Below the pieces are notes generated by a model that saw nothing but the letters and a program-made list of their open reading frames with translations, was not told the DNA's origin and searched no databases. A stretch of 64,000 bases of DNA from Cytophagales bacterium (GTDB lineage: Bacteria > Bacteroidota > Bacteroidia > Cytophagales > Spirosomataceae), in the NCBI GenBank assembly GCA_038204185.1, contig JBBRDE010000001.1, positions 7,354 to 71,353 of the forward strand, given 5' to 3'. Of the stretch, positions 57,573-64,000 are shown one piece after another (the stretch's first letter is position 1; every line of letters starts with the position of its first letter). The position numbers were made by a program, and so were the translations under genes.

Positions 57573-60500
57573 ATGTCCATTTTGTTTAAAAAAATCATCA
57601 ATAATAGCCTGCTTATATTTGCCGTTTGCTGCATTGGTGTGAGTGCTTCTGTAGCGCAGACTACCGCAAAGCGGGTGCTCGTGTTCTCCAAAACCAAAGG
57701 GTACCGCCACGCCTCCATCCCAACGGGTCAGAAACTCATCATGAAGTTAGGCAAAGAAAATGGTTTCGGTGTCGACACGACTGAAAATGCAAATGCGTTT
57801 ACGGACGAGAATCTAAAAAAATACAATGAAGTTGTATGGCTCAGCACGACAAGCGATGTGCTCAACGACGAACAGCAGTTAGCTTTCGAGCGGTACATTC
57901 AGGCCGGAGGCGGCTACGTAGGTATCCATGCTGCCACGGACACTGAGTACGACTGGGCCTGGTACAACAAGCTAGCTGGGGCGCAGTTTGCGAGCCACCC
58001 CAAGAACAACGTGCAGACCGCCGAGGCCTACGTCGTCAACCGCAATCACCCGTCCATGGAAGGCTTCCCTGATCGCTGGACGGTGAAGGATGAGTTTTAT
58101 GATTTCAAGAATTTCAACAAAGACGTAACAGTGCTCGTCAAGATGGACGAGAAAACTTATAAAGAAGGTCAAATGGGTGACGATCACCCGATTGCCTGGT
58201 TCCATGAATTCGACGGCGGTAAGGCTTTCTACACCAATTTCGGTCATACCGACGAAACCTACGCCGATCCCGTGTTCATGAAACACCTGCTGAATGGCAT
58301 GCAATGGGCTATGGCCGAAAAACTGGACTATACCAAATCGCGTCCCGAAGAAAACCGTTTTGTTCGTAAAGTACTGGTAGACCAGCTTGATGAACCTACC
58401 GAACTGGTGGTTCTGGACGATCAACGCGTGTTGTTCGCTGAGCGGAAAGGCAAGCTGAAATTGTATGATCCCAGAAACGGGAAAACGAAGGTAGTGGCCG
58501 AAGTGCCTGTTTTCACGAAGTTTGAGTATGGACTAATGGGACTGAACATCGACCCAAAATTCAACGAAAATAAGTGGGTGTACCTCTTTTACTCGCCCCT
58601 TTCGAGCGCTGCCGACACCGCTCAGCATCTTTCCCGGTTCAAATACGACCTTCAAAAAGACACCCTGCTGCTATCTACCGAACAGGTATTGTTGACGGTC
58701 CCGGTAAAGCGCACTGACTGCTGCCATACGGGCGGCTCCATCGCGTGGGACAGCAAAGGCAATCTGTTTCTCTCAGCGGGCGACGATACCAACCCTTTCA
58801 AGTCCGACGGCTACGGCCCGATGGATGGGCGCTCCGAGATGAACGGCTTCGATGCGCGCGAAACCTCGTCCAATACCAATGATCTCCGCGGTAAGATCAT
58901 GCGCATCAAGCCCAAAGCCGATAGCGGTTATGATATTCCAGAAGGCAACCTGTTTCCCAAAGGTACCCCCAACGCCCGGCCCGAGATTTATGTCATGGGA
59001 AACCGTAACCCTTACCGCATTTCAGTCGATCAGCGAACCGGCTTTTTGTACTGGGGTGAAGTAGGGCCCGATGCCGGGGAAGACAAGGAAGGCCGGGGCT
59101 CACGGGGCTACGATGAGGTCAACCAGGCCCGCAAGGCGGGGTACTTTGGCTGGCCGCTGTTTGTGGCGGACAATCGGGCTTATAACCGATACGATTTTGC
59201 CACCAAAGAATCGGGACCCAAGTTCGACCCGGCTAAACCCATCAATGACTCACCCAAAAACACCGGCCTGAAGGAACTGCCTCCTGCCAACAAGGCCTTC
59301 ATTTACTATCCCTATGCCGATTCGCCCGAATTTGGCGCTATCGTGGGAAAAGGGGGGCGCAACGCCATGGGTGGTCCGGTATACTACTATGACGACTATG
59401 CTGATTCCAAAGTAAAGTTTCCCCGCTATTATGATGGCAAATTCTTCGCCTACGACTGGATTCGGGGTTGGGTCAATCCGGTAACCATGACTTCCAGCGG
59501 CGACTTTGTCTCGATGGAGCGCTTCATGCCCACCGCTGAATTCAATCACCCTATGGACATGCAGTTTGCCAAAGACGGTTCGCTCTATATGCTCGAATAC
59601 GGTAGCAACTGGTTTGCGCAGAACGATGAAGCCCGACTGACTCACATCACCTACAATGCCGGTAACCGGACCCCGGTTGCTTTGGCAACGGCGGATAAAA
59701 CCGTGGGAGCAGCACCTTTGAAGGTTGCTTTTTCCTCAAAAGGATCTAAAGATTACGACAAAGATGCCATCAAATACGAGTGGAACTTTGGCCAGGGACT
59801 TCCTAAAAGCACCGAGGCCAATCCTACGTTTACGTACACCAAGGCCGGCGATTATACCGCTCTGTTGAAAGTGACCGACGCTAAGGGCAATGTAGCTACC
59901 TCTAACGTCTCAGTAAGAGTAGGTAATGCTGTACCGGATGTGGAAATTGCTCTGAAAGGCAATAAGTCGTTTTTCTGGGATAAGAAACCCATTGCCTACG
60001 AAGTAAAGGTGAACGATAAAGAGGACGGTACTCTGGCTAAGGGAGTAGATCAAAATGACGTATTACTTACGGTGAACTACCTTGAAGGTTTCGACAAGAC
60101 TATGATTGCTCAGGGCCATCAGGCCAACACGGGATTTGCTACGGGCAAGCGTTTGATCGAGTTGAGCGACTGTAAAGCCTGCCACAGTGTCGATAAAAAA
60201 TCCATTGGTCCGGCATACATTGATGTCGCCAAAAAATACGCAAAAGAACGTAATGCGGTAAAGATGCTGGCGGAGAAGGTCATCAAAGGCGGAGGCGGCG
60301 TGTGGGGTGAGCAGGCCATGGCCGCACACCCTCAGCTGAAACAGCAGGAAGCCGAGGATATGGTAAAGTATGTCCTATCCCTGGGTAGTGAGAAGAAAAT
60401 CAAGAGCGAGCCCCTGACGGGTACTTATGTGGCTGAGTCCAAGGCTAAGCCGGGATCGTACGTGTTCACAGCCAGCTACACCGACAAGGGAAATGGCGTC

Positions 60501-60938
60501 ATTGGCCCGCTTACGGGTAGCCAAACTATTGCGTTACGTCCGGCCAAAATGAAAGCCACCAACTATGACTCAGGGAAAGGTTTTGTGAAATATAAGCTTC
60601 CCGAAGGGGACGAAATAGTGGTAGCTACCACGGATGGCGGTTACGTAGTTTACGAAAATATCGACCTGACAGGGATCAGCAACTTGAAAGCCGGTGTATC
60701 CTCCACCAAAGGTATGACCGTAGGAGGTGTCCTGGAAGTTCGCGCTGACTCCCCTACCGGTCCGAAAATAGGGTCAGTAAACATTACCGAAGGCACCAAA
60801 GGTGAAGTGGAAATCCCCTTGCAGGTACCTGCCGACCGACGTCAGCGCAACCTGTACCTTGTATTTAAGAATCCCAATACTGGGGGAAAACGCTTGTACA
60901 CTATCGACACGCTGGAATTCATCAACGGGGCGATGTAG
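57573..60938 (+). CDS. exported multidomain redox protein: ThuA-like + PQQ-dependent sugar dehydrogenase beta-propeller + PKD + c-type cytochrome + C-terminal carbohydrate-binding-like domain
   Basis: 1121 aa with a signal peptide. The domain order is a ThuA-like N-terminus (RVLVFSKTKGYRHASI), a GDH/sorbosone-dehydrogenase-like propeller, a PKD repeat (APLKVAFSS…YEWNFGQG), the heme motif CKACH, and a beta-sandwich tail. Confidence 0.85.
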   Translation: MSILFKKIINNSLLIFAVCCIGVSASVAQTTAKRVLVFSKTKGYRHASIPTGQKLIMKLGKENGFGVDTTENANAFTDENLKKYNEVVWLSTTSDVLNDEQQLAFERYIQAGGGYVGIHAATDTEYDWAWYNKLAGAQFASHPKNNVQTAEAYVVNRNHPSMEGFPDRWTVKDEFYDFKNFNKDVTVLVKMDEKTYKEGQMGDDHPIAWFHEFDGGKAFYTNFGHTDETYADPVFMKHLLNGMQWAMAEKLDYTKSRPEENRFVRKVLVDQLDEPTELVVLDDQRVLFAERKGKLKLYDPRNGKTKVVAEVPVFTKFEYGLMGLNIDPKFNENKWVYLFYSPLSSAADTAQHLSRFKYDLQKDTLLLSTEQVLLTVPVKRTDCCHTGGSIAWDSKGNLFLSAGDDTNPFKSDGYGPMDGRSEMNGFDARETSSNTNDLRGKIMRIKPKADSGYDIPEGNLFPKGTPNARPEIYVMGNRNPYRISVDQRTGFLYWGEVGPDAGEDKEGRGSRGYDEVNQARKAGYFGWPLFVADNRAYNRYDFATKESGPKFDPAKPINDSPKNTGLKELPPANKAFIYYPYADSPEFGAIVGKGGRNAMGGPVYYYDDYADSKVKFPRYYDGKFFAYDWIRGWVNPVTMTSSGDFVSMERFMPTAEFNHPMDMQFAKDGSLYMLEYGSNWFAQNDEARLTHITYNAGNRTPVALATADKTVGAAPLKVAFSSKGSKDYDKDAIKYEWNFGQGLPKSTEANPTFTYTKAGDYTALLKVTDAKGNVATSNVSVRVGNAVPDVEIALKGNKSFFWDKKPIAYEVKVNDKEDGTLAKGVDQNDVLLTVNYLEGFDKTMIAQGHQANTGFATGKRLIELSDCKACHSVDKKSIGPAYIDVAKKYAKERNAVKMLAEKVIKGGGGVWGEQAMAAHPQLKQQEAEDMVKYVLSLGSEKKIKSEPLTGTYVAESKAKPGSYVFTASYTDKGNGVIGPLTGSQTIALRPAKMKATNYDSGKGFVKYKLPEGDEIVVATTDGGYVVYENIDLTGISNLKAGVSSTKGMTVGGVLEVRADSPTGPKIGSVNITEGTKGEVEIPLQVPADRRQRNLYLVFKNPNTGGKRLYTIDTLEFINGAM

Positions 60939-60995
60939 TTTTTTATAGTGTATAATGCGGGGCACCCCGTGGCGAAGATTGTTTATTGAGAGTGA

Positions 60996-61029
60996 AAAGA
61001 GGCTGCTGGCAATTTCCAGCAGCCTCTTT
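60996..61029. terminator. bidirectional terminator between the ThuA-PQQ gene and the methyltransferase gene
   Basis: aaagaggctgctgg pairs with ccagcagcctcttt (14 bp), with the loop caattt. Confidence 0.85.
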
Positions 61030-61087
61030 CTGATTAAATTCCCGGAATGAATTAAATGTAAGACATCAAACGTCTTCCCCCCTTTTT

Positions 61088-61825
61088 TCACTCTTTTTCA
61101 TACACCAGAAAATGCTGAATCGGGAGGAAATCGCCGCGCTGAACGAGTTTGAAACCGTTAGCCTTCATTTCATTAGTAGCTTGGGCCACGCTGAGTTTGT
61201 GTAATTTCTTAATCGGGATGGCCGGATCTTCCGCCCGATATTCCAGCAAGAGTATCTTACCGTCTGCTTTTAGCGATTTACGCAAAGATTGCAGCATCTC
61301 GTGCGGGTACTCCAACTCGTGGTACACGTCCACCATGATCGCCAAATCCACCGAATTCTCGGGTAAGTTAGGTGACTGGGAGGTACCCTTTACCACTTCC
61401 ACATTGTTCAGTCCCAGCTCCTGCGCCTTTTTTCGCAAATAGGTCACCGATTCATCCTGCACGTCGACGGCATACACTCTACCCTGAGGTACCCTGGGCG
61501 CAATTCTGAATGTGTAGTAGCCCGTTCCGGCTCCAACGTCGGCGACCACGCTGGTACCAGAAATAGGCAATCTACTGATCGCCAAGGCCGTGTTTTCTTC
61601 TTCCTGTCGTTCGTCGCGTTCCAGCCAACTTGCGCCCCCGAAGCCCATCACGTGCGCGATTTCCCGTCCAAGGTAGGTCTTGCCGATTCCATCGCGGGTG
61701 GCCATCATGCGGCCATACACGCTGGTATCAGGTGGGGTACTACCGGTTTTGTTCTGTTGAGAAGTGGAGGTAGTGCAGCTTAGAAGAGGAATGACTAAAG
61801 CTAGAACAAGTGGATAAGCTTTCAT
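61088..61825 (-). CDS. class I SAM-dependent methyltransferase with lipoprotein signal
   Basis: 245 aa. It has a lipobox LLSC near the N-terminus and SAM motif I VADVGAGTGYYT. Confidence 0.8.
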   Translation of the reverse strand: MKAYPLVLALVIPLLSCTTSTSQQNKTGSTPPDTSVYGRMMATRDGIGKTYLGREIAHVMGFGGASWLERDERQEEENTALAISRLPISGTSVVADVGAGTGYYTFRIAPRVPQGRVYAVDVQDESVTYLRKKAQELGLNNVEVVKGTSQSPNLPENSVDLAIMVDVYHELEYPHEMLQSLRKSLKADGKILLLEYRAEDPAIPIKKLHKLSVAQATNEMKANGFKLVQRGDFLPIQHFLVYEKE

Positions 61826-61911
61826 AGTAGAAACAAATTAGAGTTATCACCTCCCTAACAAATATAAACTGTTCTCTGTTTACAGGCTGAAACTACGTGA
61901 ACTATCTTTAC

Positions 61912-62700
61912 CTATACATATCCCTCGATCCCCAGCCCAAACAGCGCAAAATCATACTTCACCGGATCATTAGGGTCGAGTTCCCGCAGCGTAGCAGTGA
62001 GTTCGAGCGCAGTGAGCCAATCGGTTTTCGGACGCTGAATCAGACCCAGGTATCGGGCCACGCGGTCCACGTGGACATCGCAGGGCATCACCAACTGGTG
62101 GGATCGAATCTGATGCCAGATTCCAAAATCCACCCCATGATCATCCTTCCGTACCATCCAGCGCAGAAACATATTCAGCCGTTTGCAGGTAGACTTTCGG
62201 GCGGGCGTGGCAATATGCTTACGGGTACGAGCTGGGAAGTGGTCCAGGCCGCAGAAAAGGTCATGAAAAGCAATCAGACTGCTTTCCGTAGTGATTTGTT
62301 GCGCCTGTCCGGGTACCAGAAAAGCTTCTTCGAGTGATTGATGTTTTTTGTAAAAATCCTGAAAGAAATGGAGAAAATACAGCGTATCCGTCGCATTGAA
62401 GGTACGGTGCTTAAAGGATAAAAAACGTTTGAGATCACATTCATGGTGATTCAACACAAAATCGTAGGGCGCATGATCCATAAGGGCATCCAGTTCCAGA
62501 CTTTTGTTGATGATGGTTTTGCGCTGTCCCCACGCCAGAATGGCTGCCCAAAAACCCATGATCTCGACATCTTGCTTCTGGCTGTACCGATGCGGAATAC
62601 TAATGGGATCGTGCGGAATAAAAGGAGGTCGATTGTATTGCTCATACTTGCGTTCGAGCAGTTCGGCTAGTGACTCGTTCAAGGGACTATCTACGAACAA
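61912..62700 (-). CDS. TIGR02757 (DUF2400) family protein
   Basis: 262 aa. The N-terminal PHDPISIPHRY…EIMGFWAAILAWGQR pattern fits this uncharacterised family. Confidence 0.65.
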   Translation of the reverse strand: MFVDSPLNESLAELLERKYEQYNRPPFIPHDPISIPHRYSQKQDVEIMGFWAAILAWGQRKTIINKSLELDALMDHAPYDFVLNHHECDLKRFLSFKHRTFNATDTLYFLHFFQDFYKKHQSLEEAFLVPGQAQQITTESSLIAFHDLFCGLDHFPARTRKHIATPARKSTCKRLNMFLRWMVRKDDHGVDFGIWHQIRSHQLVMPCDVHVDRVARYLGLIQRPKTDWLTALELTATLRELDPNDPVKYDFALFGLGIEGYV

Positions 62701-62896
62701 CCTTTCCCAGTACGTAAGCCAGCCCCTGCGAGATGCCGGAAAACACCATCACCAGGCTGGAAAACAAGAAGGTGAATACCGCGATAAAAGGATATAATAG
62801 CGTAAAAGCCACACTCCACACTTTGTAGCCGGTGGTCTTTTTGAGTTCAGCGCGTTCTTCTTCGCGGCGTGATTTGAATTCGGGAGAGTGTTTCAT
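62687..62896 (-). CDS. small hypothetical membrane protein
   Basis: 69 aa with a charged N-terminus followed by two hydrophobic helices. Its stop overlaps the start of the downstream gene by 14 nt, suggesting coupling. Confidence 0.35.
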   Translation of the reverse strand: MKHSPEFKSRREEERAELKKTTGYKVWSVAFTLLYPFIAVFTFLFSSLVMVFSGISQGLAYVLGKVVRR

Positions 62897-62901
62897 GCGT
62901 A

Positions 62902-63891
62902 TCAGTTGGCCGAGATATAATTGATCTCTGCCCTAAAACGACGGCTATTGGGAGAAAGTTTCTCAAACGCCCGCGCCGACAGTTTGATCACAATATCCTC
63001 GTTAATGCTCGTAGTAGGAATCCTGCCCACTACCTTCACCCATATCTTTTCCTGATTGTATTGGTTCTTCACCTCAATCAAGGTACCGAGTGGGGCCGTG
63101 CGGTGCAGCGCCAGGTACTTGCTGCTACTTTCCTGGGTCTCGATCAGTTCGGCCAAACCCGACTCGCTCATCCGGTGGCCCATCGCTTCCCTGGGTTCCG
63201 GCTTACTCTCTTCCATTGCCGGCTTTTTGGGTCTCTCCACAGCCGCTACGGGGGGGGGAGCTGTTTCAGTTTTTTCGGGTTCCTTTGGTGCTGGTGCTGG
63301 GAAAGGGGTTACACTCGGACGGCGATCAGAATAGGCTTTTTCGGATATAACCAAATCCTGTCCCAGCTGTACGTTGTCGGAAGTCAGACCATTCCATTTA
63401 CGGACGTCCGCCATGAGCACACCATATTTTACCGCAATACTGTACAGTGTTTGGCCCTGCTCCACTTTATGGATTCCCGCAGGAGTTTTGGCAGGAGGAG
63501 GTGAAGCCGCCGGAGTAGTCTCCGTTTTCGTTTCTTCAATTTTTTTCTTTTCCTCCCGGGCCGCGATTCGCTCTTCGCGGCCCGACACACGGCTCGATTT
63601 GGGAGGCGAATAGGGTATCCGAATTACCTGGTCCGTCCGCAGATTGTCCGCCATACCCGCATTGGCAGCCTTAATTTCACCCACCGAAACGCCATATCGT
63701 CGCATGACGGCGTAAAGCGTTTGTCCAGGGTCTACCTTATGCAGAATATAGGTTTTTCCATTCGCCCGCTCCGTCCCGATAGAATCCCTGAGGACGACAA
63801 TCAAGCTTGTACCCGATAACGCCGCCTGCACGGACGGTGTAATGGCTGCAAAACAGACGATTAGAACTACCTGGCCAATTAAATATTTCAT
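62902..63891 (-). CDS. LysM-repeat protein with C-terminal RlpA-like double-psi beta-barrel
   Basis: 329 aa. A signal peptide is followed by two LysM repeats (HKVDPGQTLYAV…, HKVEQGQTLYSIA…), a Pro/Glu/Lys-rich linker and a DPBB-like C-terminus (LHRTAPLGTLIEVKN…). Confidence 0.75.
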   Translation of the reverse strand: MKYLIGQVVLIVCFAAITPSVQAALSGTSLIVVLRDSIGTERANGKTYILHKVDPGQTLYAVMRRYGVSVGEIKAANAGMADNLRTDQVIRIPYSPPKSSRVSGREERIAAREEKKKIEETKTETTPAASPPPAKTPAGIHKVEQGQTLYSIAVKYGVLMADVRKWNGLTSDNVQLGQDLVISEKAYSDRRPSVTPFPAPAPKEPEKTETAPPPVAAVERPKKPAMEESKPEPREAMGHRMSESGLAELIETQESSSKYLALHRTAPLGTLIEVKNQYNQEKIWVKVVGRIPTTSINEDIVIKLSARAFEKLSPNSRRFRAEINYISAN

Positions 63892-64000
63892 TCTAGAAGG
63901 TCAATTTTATACTGATGAATTCATTGCTATTCCGGAGACAAACCAGACGACCGGCTTTCCACAAAATCGTATCCCGCCCCACGCCCTGTCGATTTTCACT

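Noticed and set aside
63907-64000. Open minus-strand frame running off the right edge (…VKIDRAWGGIRFCGKPVVWFVSGIAMNSSV, with the stop at 63909-63907).
   Set aside because: It is probably the 3' end of a real gene, but only 31 codons are visible and I cannot identify it. It is not reported as a feature.

Overview
This is a 64-kb chromosomal segment that looks like a Cytophagia/Bacteroidota genome. That assignment is inferred from gene content: a nusB-YtxH-DUF1573-yajC-YbbR-coaE block, an Oar-like TonB-dependent receptor, DUF1080/ThuA/Gfo-Idh-MocA sugar genes, and terminators that often lack U-tracts. Most of the window is densely packed housekeeping genes: pyrH-frr, ugd plus UDP-xylose synthase, acyl-CoA dehydrogenase, SPFH/NfeD, polyprenyl synthase, fabF, dnaX, coaE, yajC, nusB, an MsbA-like ABC exporter, pssA, purS, fabH and mutS2. 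I found no rRNA, tRNA, CRISPR array, transposase or integrase. Two patches look accessory. (i) 19.1-23.8 kb holds a sulfatase, a subclass B1 metallo-beta-lactamase, three decayed gene remnants, an exported hypothetical protein and hpf. (ii) 43.0-44.1 kb is an AT-rich patch carrying a free-standing NUMOD4/HNH homing-endonuclease-like gene next to a 1260-aa polytopic orphan histidine kinase. At 51.6-60.9 kb there is a coherent sugar-oxidation cluster: an MFS transporter, two Gfo/Idh/MocA oxidoreductases, a xylose-isomerase-like TIM-barrel enzyme, and an exported ThuA-PQQ dehydrogenase-PKD-cytochrome c fusion. Two DUF1080 paralogs lie elsewhere in the window. I did not find a clear-cut novel multi-gene system such as a defence island. 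The observations I rate highest are at the sequence level. (a) The palindrome GGTACC (core GTAC) is enriched more than 4-fold, in all codon phases and in spacers. (b) A family of TCATTC-type hairpin repeats is fused to a conserved ~50-nt leader that sits at an identical distance from the ATG of two unrelated genes, with one compensatory stem change. (c) An A11 tract in dnaX lies at the domain III/IV boundary, and both alternative frames stop within 2 and 7 codons, which suggests gamma-subunit production by slippage. All family calls come from motif recognition by eye, not from database searches.
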